Origin: Candidatus Binatia bacterium
GTDB lineage: Bacteria > Desulfobacterota > Binatia > UBA9968 > JAJDTQ01
NCBI GenBank assembly: GCA_963666515.2
Contig: OY762897.2
Coordinates: 3,840,001 to 3,904,000 of the forward strand
Length of the DNA: 64,000 nt
Reading direction: 5' to 3'
Under the pieces are notes generated by a model. It ran no database searches. It saw only the letters and a list, made by a program, of their open reading frames with translations, and had not been told where the DNA came from. A program made the position numbers and the translations under genes. Below, piece by piece: positions 8,600 to 18,179 of the stretch. How positions within the stretch are numbered: position 1 is the first letter of the stretch; each line of letters begins with the position of its first letter.

Positions 8600-10669
8600 A
8601 TGGCATCGTGGATGGTTGGCATCGATACCGGAGGCTCGTTCACCGATCTGATCGCGTTCGATCCCGGCACCGGCGAGCGCCGCATCGCCAAGGTGCCGTC
8701 TAGGCCGGATGATCCGTCGGCCGCGGTGATGGATGCCCTGGACGAGCTGTTCCGGTCCGGGGTGGACCCGGGCGCCGTCGAGTTCCTGGTCCACGGCACC
8801 ACCGTTGCCACCAACGCCATCCTGGAAGGGAAGGGCGCGCGCACCGGGCTGCTGATCACCCGCGGGTTCCGGGCGGTGTACGAAGGGCGCGGCTGGTCGC
8901 AGCCGGCGCCCGAGGACTTGGCAGACCCCTTCTACGTCAAGCCCACGCTGCTGGCTCCGCAATCGCTCACCGAGGAGATCACCGAGCGCCTCGACTACCT
9001 CGGCAACGTGCAGACGCCGTTGGACGAGGACGACGTTCGGCGCGCGGTCGCGAGCTTGAAGGAGAAGGAAGTCGAGGCGGTCGCCGTCAACTTCCTGTTC
9101 AGCTTCCGTAACCCCGAACACGAGGAGCGGACCGCGGCCATCATCGCCGAGATGGCGCCGGAGTGGCGCGTGTCGGTGTCGTCGCGCATCCTGCCCACCA
9201 TCCGCGAGTATCCGCGCCTGTCCACCACCGTCATCGACGCCTTCGTGGGCAGGTCCATGCAGGACTACCTGTTGCGGCTGGTGGACAGGCTGCGCGCCGC
9301 CGGCATCGACACGCCGCAGATATTCCTCATGCAGTCCAACGGCGGCCTGATGCGCATGAACGTGGGCGCCCGCTATCCCAACCAGACGCTGCTCTCCGGT
9401 CCGGCGGCCGGGGTGGTGTCCGGCATCGAGCTGGCCGCGCTGCTGGGACGCAGCAACCTCGTCACCTTCGACATGGGCGGCACCTCCACCGACATCAGCG
9501 TGATCCGCGACGGGCGCTCCGAGGAGACCACCGCGGGCCGGATCGCCGGGCAGGACCTAGCCACCCCCATGCTCGCCGTCCACACCCTGGGCGCGGGCGG
9601 CGGCACCATCGCCTGGATCGGCAAGGACGGCCTCATGAAGGTCGGCCCCCGGAGCGCGGGCGCCGACCCCGGACCGGCCTGCTACGGCAGAGGCGGCGAG
9701 CTTCCGACCGTCACCGACGCCAACCTGCTGCTGGGCGCCCTGGGCGACAGCAGCGCGTTGGGCGGGCGGCTCCGGCTGGACCGCGCCCGCGCGGAGGCCG
9801 CCATTCGCACGGTCTTGGCCGAGCCGCTCGGCCTCGACGTGGTGGAGGCCGCGGCCGGCATTCTCAAGATCGTCAACAACAACATGGCGGTGGAGCTGCG
9901 GCTCGCGCTGCAATACCGCGGCGTCGATCCGCGCGACTTCGTGCTGGTGGCCTTCGGCGGCGCCGGTCCGCTGCACGCCGGCGTACTGGCGGAGGAGCTT
10001 CAGATACCCGCGGTCCTGGTGCCGCCGAACCCCGGTCTCAACAGCGCCCTGGGGCTGCTCCAGACCCAGGTGCGGCATCTCTACCTGCTGTCGGACCTCG
10101 GCCTGGTCAGCGGCTACGACCCCGCGCGCATGAACCAGCGTTTCGAGGAGTTGCGCCTCCGGGCCGTGGAGGACATCCGGGAAGAGCATTTCGACCTTTC
10201 GGAGGCGGTCTTCCGGCGCCAGGTGGACATGCGCTACCTGCACCAAGGGTACGAGCTTTCCGTCGACTGCCCGGACCGGGAGATCGTGGACGCGGACAAG
10301 GCCGGGCTCAAGGCAGCCTTCGACGAGTTGCACGGCAAGGTGTACGGGCTCAGCGCCAAGGACGAGGACGCCGAGATCGTGACGTTCCGGCTGCTGGCCG
10401 AGATCGCGGTGCCGCGGCTCACGCCGCCGCCTCTGGAATCCGGGGAGTCCGGCGTCGAGCACGCCGTCATCGGACGCAGACCGCTCTTCGACCTGGAGCT
10501 CGGAGCGTTCGTGGAGGCCGTGGTGCTGGACCGCGGCCGCCTGCTGGCAGGCAATCGCATCGACGGGCCGGCCGTGATCGAGCAGCTCGATGCGACCACG
10601 GTGCTGTCCGAGTCGCAACATGCCACCGTCGACACGTTCGGCAATATTGTGATCGAGAGGGAGCCGTGA
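8600..10669 (+). CDS. Hydantoinase A / 5-oxoprolinase family subunit
   Basis: GIDTGGSFTD, HGTTVATNA, QSNGG, LSGPAAG, DMGGTSTD, GAGGG, FGGAGPLH; true start ATG 8600 inside ORF 6857..10669. Confidence 0.9.
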   Translation: MASWMVGIDTGGSFTDLIAFDPGTGERRIAKVPSRPDDPSAAVMDALDELFRSGVDPGAVEFLVHGTTVATNAILEGKGARTGLLITRGFRAVYEGRGWSQPAPEDLADPFYVKPTLLAPQSLTEEITERLDYLGNVQTPLDEDDVRRAVASLKEKEVEAVAVNFLFSFRNPEHEERTAAIIAEMAPEWRVSVSSRILPTIREYPRLSTTVIDAFVGRSMQDYLLRLVDRLRAAGIDTPQIFLMQSNGGLMRMNVGARYPNQTLLSGPAAGVVSGIELAALLGRSNLVTFDMGGTSTDISVIRDGRSEETTAGRIAGQDLATPMLAVHTLGAGGGTIAWIGKDGLMKVGPRSAGADPGPACYGRGGELPTVTDANLLLGALGDSSALGGRLRLDRARAEAAIRTVLAEPLGLDVVEAAAGILKIVNNNMAVELRLALQYRGVDPRDFVLVAFGGAGPLHAGVLAEELQIPAVLVPPNPGLNSALGLLQTQVRHLYLLSDLGLVSGYDPARMNQRFEELRLRAVEDIREEHFDLSEAVFRRQVDMRYLHQGYELSVDCPDREIVDADKAGLKAAFDELHGKVYGLSAKDEDAEIVTFRLLAEIAVPRLTPPPLESGESGVEHAVIGRRPLFDLELGAFVEAVVLDRGRLLAGNRIDGPAVIEQLDATTVLSESQHATVDTFGNIVIEREP

Positions 10670-10670
10670 G

Positions 10671-10784
10671 GTCCTTCGACTTCGCGCCGCTGGCGCGGCG
10701 CTACGCTCAGGACGAACGGTTATGACAGCGTTTTCTCCGTTCGTCCTGAGCGTAGCGACGCGAAGCGGTGCGAAGTCGAAGGAC
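10671..10784. repeat. Second inverted pair of family B palindromes
   Basis: gtccttcgacttcgcgccgctggcgcggcgctacgctcaggacgaacgg ... ccgttcgtcctgagcgtagc..gcgaagtcgaaggac. Confidence 0.85.
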
Positions 10785-10827
10785 CGTTCGATTACTCGGA
10801 CAGGATTCTAGCCACGGGGAGGGAACC

Positions 10828-12507
10828 ATGAGCCTGGACCCCATCACCAGCGAAGTCGTGCTGAGCCGGTTGCGGGAGATCACCGCGTCCATGGCCCACG
10901 CGCTGTTCCACAGCGGCTACTCGCCGATCCTGCGCGAGTCCCAGGACGGCACCGCCGGGCTGACCGACGGCACGGGCCGCGTGATCATGGTGGGCGGCGG
11001 CCTGCAATACCATTCCCTGCTGTATTCGCAGTCGGTGGCCGGCGTCCTGGAACGCTACCCCGCGGAGGAGATGCGCGAGGGCGATTCGTTCGTTTCCAAC
11101 GATCCCTACAAGGCGGGAAACAGCCACGTCCCCGACATGGTGGTGGCGACGCCGGCGTTCCACGACGGCAAGGTGGTGGCTTTCGGCGTCAGCGTGGCCC
11201 ACAAGGCGGACGTTGGCGGCCTGGTGCCGGGCTCCAGCGGCGCGGCCTCGCGCGAGATTTTCCACGACGGCATCCTGCTGCCGCCGGTGCGCTTCACCAC
11301 CGCCGAGGGAGTTCTGCCCGAGGTGGAGGCGATCCTGCGCAACAACAGCCGCATCCCGGACGTGGTGCTGGGCGACCTGCGCGGACAGGTGGGCGCGACG
11401 AAGCTCGGCGCGCTCCGGTTCCAGGAGCTGCTGCAGGAGTACGGCGCGGACACCCTGCTGGGCACCATCGACGAGTTGATGACGCGCACTACGGCCCGCG
11501 TGAGGGCCGAGATCGCCTCGTGGCCGGACGGGGAGCACGAGGCGGAAGGGTTCCTCGACCACGACGGCGTGGACCGCTCCAAGCCGGTGCGCATCCACGT
11601 CCGGGCCGTCAAGGCCGGGGACCGGCTGACGCTCGACTTCTCCGGCAGCGACCCCCAGACCCCCGGACCGGTGAACACCACGCGGGTCACGGCCCGCGCG
11701 GTTTCGACCCAGGCGGTGCTGGCGGCCTCGGATCCGAGCATCCCGATGAACGCGGGCGCGTTCGAGGCCATCGAGTTCAACTTGCCGCCGGGGCTGGTGA
11801 TGAGCCCGCAGTTCCCGGCGACCGTCAACCACTACTTCCCGACCTCCCACCTGGTCTACAACTGCGTGCTCGCCGCGGTCGGAAAGTTCAACCCGAACCG
11901 GGCGGTGGCCCCGTCCGGCCTCGGCACCGGCGCCATCGCCGTGGGCTACAAGCAAAGCCGCTCCGCCGGCCGTCCCACCGTCCAGTACGAGATCATGATC
12001 ACGTCGCTGGGCGGCACCAGCGACCACGACGGCGCCGCCATCGTCATGCCGGTCAACCACTTCGCCCCCGGCACGCCCGTGGAGATCCTCGAGACCGAGT
12101 ACCCCGTTGGCGTCCGCCGCTACGACATCTGGCGGGACTCGGCCGGCGCCGGGCGCTGGCGCGGCGGCACGGGCTTCATCCGCGAGTACGAGTTCCTCAC
12201 CGACTGCACCCTCACGGTCCGCTCGGCCAACCATCAACAAGCCTCATGGGGCCTCAACGGCGGCGGCAGCCCGCCCAACTCCAGGACCACCATCCAGAAC
12301 CCCGGCGAGGACCCGGCCGAAGTCGACATGCTGGAAACCCGGCCCCTCAAGTCCGGCGCCCGGCTCGCCATCTACCGCAGCGGAGGCGGCGGCTACGGCG
12401 ACCCCAGGGAGCGCCCCGCCGAGTTGGTGCGGCAGGACGTCGAGGACGGCTACGTGTCGCGGGAAAAGGCCCGGGAAGCGTACGGGTTGGCGGATGAGCA
12501 AGGCTGA
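10828..12507 (+). CDS. Hydantoinase B / 5-oxoprolinase family subunit
   Basis: SPILRESQD, NDPYKAGNSHVPD, AHKADVGG, DSAGAGRWRGG, GGGGYGDP; GGAGG RBS before ATG 10828. Confidence 0.9.
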   Translation: MSLDPITSEVVLSRLREITASMAHALFHSGYSPILRESQDGTAGLTDGTGRVIMVGGGLQYHSLLYSQSVAGVLERYPAEEMREGDSFVSNDPYKAGNSHVPDMVVATPAFHDGKVVAFGVSVAHKADVGGLVPGSSGAASREIFHDGILLPPVRFTTAEGVLPEVEAILRNNSRIPDVVLGDLRGQVGATKLGALRFQELLQEYGADTLLGTIDELMTRTTARVRAEIASWPDGEHEAEGFLDHDGVDRSKPVRIHVRAVKAGDRLTLDFSGSDPQTPGPVNTTRVTARAVSTQAVLAASDPSIPMNAGAFEAIEFNLPPGLVMSPQFPATVNHYFPTSHLVYNCVLAAVGKFNPNRAVAPSGLGTGAIAVGYKQSRSAGRPTVQYEIMITSLGGTSDHDGAAIVMPVNHFAPGTPVEILETEYPVGVRRYDIWRDSAGAGRWRGGTGFIREYEFLTDCTLTVRSANHQQASWGLNGGGSPPNSRTTIQNPGEDPAEVDMLETRPLKSGARLAIYRSGGGGYGDPRERPAELVRQDVEDGYVSREKAREAYGLADEQG

Positions 12508-12588
12508 CGGCCGGTGAAGGGGCCGCACCGGACGTCTGCGCCGCGGAAACCGCGCCTGGGTCGTTTCTGACGGAGATTCATCGTACGC

Positions 12589-15384
12589 ATGGCATCCGGC
12601 AAACAACGTCGCAAGAAACAGAAGCGGAAACCTTCGGGCCACGTGCCGTTGGGCGATCTGCGGGAGCAGGTTCTGCAACTCCTGGCCCGGGGAGATGGTC
12701 GCGGCGCGCTTGATCGGCTGAAGCAGGCAAAATCCGAAAACGGTCAGCCGCCGGACGAACTGCCGGTTCTTCGGTTCTGCGCCTGCGTCGGGCGCGCTCG
12801 ACAGTTGGCGCGGAGCGGTCTGGACAAGGAGGCCGCGGCCATGCGCGCGCAGGCGGCGCAACACCGGGCGTCCATCCCGGCTGCGGCGCTGGCGGAAACG
12901 GACTTGGCGCTTTACCTCCGTTACCTCGACGGCGGCGACGCTCTGGCAGTTTACGGGGATTATCTCAAGGTCCAGCCGCCCGCCCGGGCGGTCGAACGGG
13001 CATTGGCGGATCAGCTCGTGGTCCGCAGGTGCTGGAAGGGCGTCGACGGTCTTGCGCCGGACCATCCGTTGCGCCGGGACGCCGGGCCGGTCCGGGAAAG
13101 CCTCGACGCCATGGACGCCGGTGACTGGACGCGGGCCGCCGAACGCTTGCAGGGCGTGTCGCGGCGTTCGCCGTTCGCGCCTTGGCGCGTGTTCTGCAAG
13201 GCCATGAAGTGCTTCGGAGACCGCGACGACGCGGGTCTTGCGCAGAATCTCGATCTCTTGCCGGCGGATTTCGTCCTTGCCGGGACGGTTGCCGAGTGGC
13301 GCCGCGCATGCGGCCGGGACAGCGCAGGCGGACCGGTTCCGGTGCGGCGGGTTCTGGGCACGGAGGAAACCGCGGTCGAGACTCTGGCGGGAGAACTGTC
13401 CAAGGCGTTGCGTACCAACGGCCACGCGCGCGCCGTCGAGCGGTTGGTGGTCGAGTTGGCCGATGCCCTGTACCCGGATGAACCGCTTCTGGCTCGCATG
13501 GATCTGCTGCTGATCGCCGGCTTGGCCGTGCCTGACGGCGGGTTCTCCAGGGAGAGCCTGATCGGGATGGTGCGGCGGCTCGTTCCCGAGAACCGCTGGG
13601 TCGGGTTGGGAGCCCGGATCGAGCTGCTGCTTGAGCAGGTTTCGCCCGATTCCTGGGACCCGAGCGTGACGGCCGCCTTGCTGAAGCGTCTGGAGACGGA
13701 GTTCCCCCGTCCTGCGGACCGCCCGCTGGCGCGCGCCCGCATGCTCGAAGCGCTCGCTCGAAACGGCCATCGGGCCGTTCGCCCCGAACGGCTCGCGCCG
13801 CAGACCTTGCAGGCGCTGTTGGAACTGCTGAACGGCCGCTTCGACCCGTCGGAGAATGTGTTCGCCGAGTTGATGGCGGCGAGCCTCGAAGCCGATCCGT
13901 ACAACCGTGAGGGCTATCGTTTCCTGATCGAGTTGGTGCAGGGGCGTGCTGGCGCCAAGCCGCGCATACGCCGCACGTTGGAGGCCATGGCGGCGCACTT
14001 CCCGGAGGATCCGGAGCCGTGGCTGGAAATGGCGGGGCTGGACTACTCCATGAATGCGTACCGGCGCGCCGAAACGACTCTGGCCGAGGCGCAACGGCGC
14101 GCGCCCCATGACGAGCGCACCCTGGACCTGCTGGCCGTGGGTTTCCTCAAGTCCGCGGATCAGAGCCGCAAGAGCGGCCGGTTCGAGCTTGCCGCCAAAG
14201 ACCTGCGGCGCGCCGAAGAGATGCGCCGGCCGGGGCTGGAGAGCATTGTCGAAGTGAAGCGCATCCTCCTGAAGGTGGTGTCCGCGGATGCGCTGTCCCA
14301 CGGCGGAGTATCCGAGGCGGAGACCGCCATGATCGTGGAGCCCCACTTGGCGGGCCTTTCGCCGGCCGGACAGATGAGGACCCTCGCCGTCCTGCTGCAC
14401 GACCTGGAAGAGAATCGCAGCGTCAAGAACGTGCACACCGGGATGCTGGGCAGCGTGAGGGCTCTCGTGGCCGCAAGGATGGCGGATATCGACGGACTCA
14501 CCCAGGATGAGAGGATCGATCTGCTCGTTCCGTTGCCGGCCGATCTTCAGGTGCTCTACGAACGCCGGCACGTCGCTCCGGTCCTGACGGATTGGTGGCC
14601 CGACATCCTGGAGCGGCAGGAAGGCGACGGGCTCCTCGCGGTTCTCGATCTTCTGATGGAGTGCGGCGGAAGCGCCGCGGTCCGCGTGGAGATCGGGCGC
14701 CGCCTGCGCGGGGCGAAGGCGCGCGACCGCGATCCCGTGCTGCTCCTGTACCTCGCGGTGATCCGCTACCGGGCCGGCGATGACTATGATTCCCGACGAT
14801 TTACGGAAGCCCTGGAAGCGGCCGGCGCCGCCGGTCGGAAAAAGCTTCGAACGGTGTCGGCCGGGCTCGCGCGGTTCACCGAGGGCCGCCTTTGCGAAGC
14901 GCTTCACAAGTTCGACTTCTCGTTGCTCGACGCGCCGCCCTGGCTCGACGAAGGTCCCTCGATGGCGGAGATGCTGGACGCGATTTTCGGTCTCGAGGAC
15001 GGGTTCGACGAGCCGCCGCCGGCGCTGAGCAGGGAGTTCGACACCGAGGAGGAGGACGGGCCGCCCCTCGACGAACTCATGGACGCCCTGAAAAACGGTC
15101 TGCGGAACGCTGCTTCCGTCGCCGCGGGCCAGATGTCGTTGTTCGGGGACGCGGCCGAGGCGACTCTGCTTACGCTGGAAACCATCCTCGACCGGTACGG
15201 TCTGCGCGGCCATCCCGCGGATATGCTCCGGCGCGTCGCCAGCATCGTGAGGACGGACGCCGCCATCCGGCGCAATCTGGACGCGCTGGCGCAGCAGTGC
15301 GGGGGGGCGGACCTGGGCGATCGGATCACGCCGGAGGCGCGGGTTTTCCTGTTCCCGCATCGGCGCAAGCGGCGCGGCCGCTGA
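12589..15384 (+). CDS. Large helical (TPR-like) protein of unknown function, first gene of Hsp70 operon
   Basis: 931 aa, Ala/Leu/Arg-rich helical; TPR-like units (SLEADPYNREGY, HFPEDPEPWLEMAGL, AQRRAPHDERTL); basic N- and C-termini; acidic linker followed by QMSLF. Confidence 0.75.
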   Translation: MASGKQRRKKQKRKPSGHVPLGDLREQVLQLLARGDGRGALDRLKQAKSENGQPPDELPVLRFCACVGRARQLARSGLDKEAAAMRAQAAQHRASIPAAALAETDLALYLRYLDGGDALAVYGDYLKVQPPARAVERALADQLVVRRCWKGVDGLAPDHPLRRDAGPVRESLDAMDAGDWTRAAERLQGVSRRSPFAPWRVFCKAMKCFGDRDDAGLAQNLDLLPADFVLAGTVAEWRRACGRDSAGGPVPVRRVLGTEETAVETLAGELSKALRTNGHARAVERLVVELADALYPDEPLLARMDLLLIAGLAVPDGGFSRESLIGMVRRLVPENRWVGLGARIELLLEQVSPDSWDPSVTAALLKRLETEFPRPADRPLARARMLEALARNGHRAVRPERLAPQTLQALLELLNGRFDPSENVFAELMAASLEADPYNREGYRFLIELVQGRAGAKPRIRRTLEAMAAHFPEDPEPWLEMAGLDYSMNAYRRAETTLAEAQRRAPHDERTLDLLAVGFLKSADQSRKSGRFELAAKDLRRAEEMRRPGLESIVEVKRILLKVVSADALSHGGVSEAETAMIVEPHLAGLSPAGQMRTLAVLLHDLEENRSVKNVHTGMLGSVRALVAARMADIDGLTQDERIDLLVPLPADLQVLYERRHVAPVLTDWWPDILERQEGDGLLAVLDLLMECGGSAAVRVEIGRRLRGAKARDRDPVLLLYLAVIRYRAGDDYDSRRFTEALEAAGAAGRKKLRTVSAGLARFTEGRLCEALHKFDFSLLDAPPWLDEGPSMAEMLDAIFGLEDGFDEPPPALSREFDTEEEDGPPLDELMDALKNGLRNAASVAAGQMSLFGDAAEATLLTLETILDRYGLRGHPADMLRRVASIVRTDAAIRRNLDALAQQCGGADLGDRITPEARVFLFPHRRKRRGR

Positions 15385-15395
15385 GGAACGGAGCC

Positions 15396-15701
15396 ATGCT
15401 GAGCCACTACCTGACCCTCGGACTGCCGCCGTCGGCTTCCAGCCAGGAGATTCGACGGCGCTACCTCGAACTCGTCCGCGCCCATCCGCCCAGCCGGGAG
15501 CCCGAGTACGGCGAGCGGATCATCGCCGCCTACGAGGCGTTGAAGGACGATCGGCGGCGAGTGGACACCGACTTGTTCGGGATGGCCCGCTGCGGCGGTT
15601 TCGAGCTGGCCCTGGACGCGCTGGTGCGGGCGCGCCCATCGGGACGCGCGACCCCCGGCCTCAAGACGCTTCTCGCCGCGGAAGGCATCGGTGATGACTG
15701 A
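15396..15701 (+). CDS. Small J-domain protein with HPP in place of HPD
   Basis: MLSHYLTLGLPPSASSQEIRRRYLELVRAHPPSREPE...IAAYEALKD matches J-domain helices I-III; 3' part of ORF 14892..15701; GGAG RBS. Confidence 0.85.
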   Translation: MLSHYLTLGLPPSASSQEIRRRYLELVRAHPPSREPEYGERIIAAYEALKDDRRRVDTDLFGMARCGGFELALDALVRARPSGRATPGLKTLLAAEGIGDD

Positions 15702-16380
15702 GCAGGACCGCGGCTGGAAGGAACGCGCGCTGGCGGACTTCCGGGAGTGGCTCGATGAGATGGACGGTGGCGCGGCGCCGGCGGATGCGGACCCGGAAAG
15801 CGTAACGCCGGAGCCCCCCCAGCCCGACCTGCGGTCGCTCTTCGCCGAGTTCGCGGCGCTCCGGCAGGAGGTCCGGCTTCAGAACCGGGAGCAATCCAGG
15901 GCGGTGCGGGAACTCGTCAAGGCGGCGGACGGTTACGAGGACGCGACGCGTCTGGTTCAACGCCGGGAAGACGATCTCGCGGCGTTCGAGAACCGGATCG
16001 CCCGGGAGGCCGAGAATCGCTGCCTGCGCTCCGTTCTGGAGGTGCGCGACGCGCTGGTGCGGGGCCGGGACGCGGCGGTCGCGCTGAGCCAAGGGCGGGG
16101 ACTGTTCCGGCGTCCGTCGCGCGGCGTCGCCGGCGTGGCCGAAGGGTACGAGATCGCGCTTCGGCGCTTCGACCGGATGTTGTCCGGGTTCGGCGTGGCG
16201 CCGGTGAAGACCACCGGGCATCCCTTCGATTCCCGGACCATGCACGCGATGGAAATTCGCCGGGCCGGGGAGAGCGGGAGCGGCGTGGTCGCGGAAGAAT
16301 TGCGTAGCGGCTTCACGCGCGACGGCGAGGTGCTGCGCGTCGCCGACGTGGCCGTGAACCGTTTCGACACAGGAGAGTGA
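15694..16380 (+). CDS. grpE: GrpE-like nucleotide exchange factor
   Basis: Coiled-coil N-half; C-terminal GHPFDSRTMHAM...VVAEELRSGFTRDGEVLRVADVAV; overlaps J gene stop. Confidence 0.8.
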   Translation: MTEQDRGWKERALADFREWLDEMDGGAAPADADPESVTPEPPQPDLRSLFAEFAALRQEVRLQNREQSRAVRELVKAADGYEDATRLVQRREDDLAAFENRIAREAENRCLRSVLEVRDALVRGRDAAVALSQGRGLFRRPSRGVAGVAEGYEIALRRFDRMLSGFGVAPVKTTGHPFDSRTMHAMEIRRAGESGSGVVAEELRSGFTRDGEVLRVADVAVNRFDTGE

Positions 16381-16383
16381 AAC

Positions 16384-18171
16384 ATGGATTCCGAACCCAT
16401 CGTCGGCATCGACCTCGGCACGACCAACTCCGAGGTGGTGGTCCTTTCCGGCGGGAAGCCGGAGGTCGTGCGCGAGGATGACGATGCCATCGTGCCCTCG
16501 TGCGTCGGGCTGGACGAGGCGGGCAACGTCATCGTCGGGCGCCAAGCGCGGAACCAGGCCGCGGTCGCCCCCGAGCGGACGGTGCTTTCCATCAAGCGGC
16601 TGATGGGTTCCGGCGAGCGGGTGGTGATGGGGTCGGAGACGTACACTCCGCAGGAATTGTCGGCCTTCATTCTCAAGGCGCTCAAGGAACGGGCCGCCCG
16701 CGCGCTGGCCCGGGAGGTGCGCAAGGCGGTGATCACGGTGCCGGCCTACTTCACCGACGCCCAGCGTCAGGCCACCCGGGAAGCCGGCCGCATCGCCGGG
16801 CTGGAGGTGGCGCGGATCATCAATGAGCCGACCGCGGCCGCGCTGAGCTACGAGAGCCGCAGCAGCGGGAGCCGCCGAATCCTCGTCTACGACCTGGGCG
16901 GCGGCACCTTCGACGTCTCGGTGGTGGCCATCGAGGACGGCGTGGTCGAGGTTCTCGCTTCCACCGGAGACAATCACCTCGGCGGCGACGACTTCGACGC
17001 CTTGATCGTGAAGCGTCTCAACACGCACGTCGAGAGCGAGCTCGGCATCGAAGGCGCCGGCGACAACCTCCTCCTGCAAGCGCGGCTCCGGCGGGCGTCG
17101 GAGCAGGCCAAGATCGAGCTTTCGACCCAACCCTTCGTCCGGGTCGAGGAGGATCATATCGCCTCGGTGGACGGCGAGCCCAGGCATCTGTCCTTCGAGG
17201 TGAGCCGCGCGGACTTCGAGCAGGACCTCGAGGAGATGCTGGCCCGCACCATGCAGTCGGTGACGACGGCGCTCAACGACGCCGGCGTGGTGCCGAGCCA
17301 GATCGACCGCGTCCTGCTGGTGGGCGGTTCGACCCGCATTCCCCGCATCGCCCAGCTTCTCGCGGAGCGGTTGGGGCAGGAGCCCCACGGCGAAGTGGAC
17401 CCGGACCTGTGCGTCGCTTTGGGGGCCGGCGTGCAGGCGGGCATCGAGATGGGGCACGACATGCAGTCCGTGCTGGTGGACATCACCCCTTATACCTTCG
17501 GCACCAGCGCCGTCGGCGAGCTCTACGGCCTGCCGTACGCCCATCAGTACTTCCCTCTCATCCGGCGCAACAGCAAGCTTCCCGCCACCCACACCGAGGC
17601 GTTTTCGACCTTGACCGAACACCAGGACACGGTGGAGGTCAAGGTCTACCAGGGGGAAGACCCGGATGCATTGAAGAACGTGGAGATCGGCTCGTTTTCC
17701 ATTACCGGCCTCAACCGGCAGCGCGGGGCATACGAGCAGGGCCTGCTTTTTTCCTTTCACCTGGACCTCGACGGCCTGCTCAAGGTCCACGCGGTGGAGC
17801 GGGCCACCGGCCGGGAAATCCGCGGCGTCGTCGAAAACGCCCTGGAGCGTTCCACCGAGGAAAGCCTCGCCGCCTCGATGCAGCGCATCGAAGCGCTGTG
17901 GGGCGAAGAAGAGATGCCCGCCGGCGGCGCTCGGGAGGAAGCGGCGGGGGCCGCCAGCGCTCCGGATCCCGGCAGCGACTTCCAGGCCGGCGATGAGTTC
18001 CAGGAGACGCTGGATCGCGCCCGGGCCGCGCTCGACACCGCTCCCGCTCCGGACCAGCAGGAGATCATCGACCTGATCGAAGACCTGCGCTACGCGTTAC
18101 GGGAAGGGCGCGCCGAAGACGCCGCGACGGTGAAGCAGGATCTCGACGAGATACTCTTCTATCTGGAGTAG
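16384..18171 (+). CDS. Hsp70 family protein (specialised DnaK paralog)
   Basis: GIDLGTTNS, TVPAYF, RIINEPTAAA, DLGGGTFDVS, LGGDDFD, LVGGSTRIP, VYQGE; divergent linker SVLVDIT and lid. Confidence 0.92.
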   Translation: MDSEPIVGIDLGTTNSEVVVLSGGKPEVVREDDDAIVPSCVGLDEAGNVIVGRQARNQAAVAPERTVLSIKRLMGSGERVVMGSETYTPQELSAFILKALKERAARALAREVRKAVITVPAYFTDAQRQATREAGRIAGLEVARIINEPTAAALSYESRSSGSRRILVYDLGGGTFDVSVVAIEDGVVEVLASTGDNHLGGDDFDALIVKRLNTHVESELGIEGAGDNLLLQARLRRASEQAKIELSTQPFVRVEEDHIASVDGEPRHLSFEVSRADFEQDLEEMLARTMQSVTTALNDAGVVPSQIDRVLLVGGSTRIPRIAQLLAERLGQEPHGEVDPDLCVALGAGVQAGIEMGHDMQSVLVDITPYTFGTSAVGELYGLPYAHQYFPLIRRNSKLPATHTEAFSTLTEHQDTVEVKVYQGEDPDALKNVEIGSFSITGLNRQRGAYEQGLLFSFHLDLDGLLKVHAVERATGREIRGVVENALERSTEESLAASMQRIEALWGEEEMPAGGAREEAAGAASAPDPGSDFQAGDEFQETLDRARAALDTAPAPDQQEIIDLIEDLRYALREGRAEDAATVKQDLDEILFYLE

Positions 18172-18179
18172 TCCACGTC

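Noticed and set aside
6857-10669. Apparent 1270-aa fusion ORF ending in hydantoinase A
   Set aside because: N-terminal part is an off-frame read through the XDH end, acuI and REP elements; real start is ATG 8600.
12244-15360. 1038-aa minus-strand ORF
   Set aside because: Shadow of the 931-aa plus-strand gene, which is coupled to the Hsp70 operon.
16384-18171. Calling the Hsp70 the housekeeping dnaK
   Set aside because: Divergent linker, substrate-binding region and tail, and atypical partners; symbol withheld.
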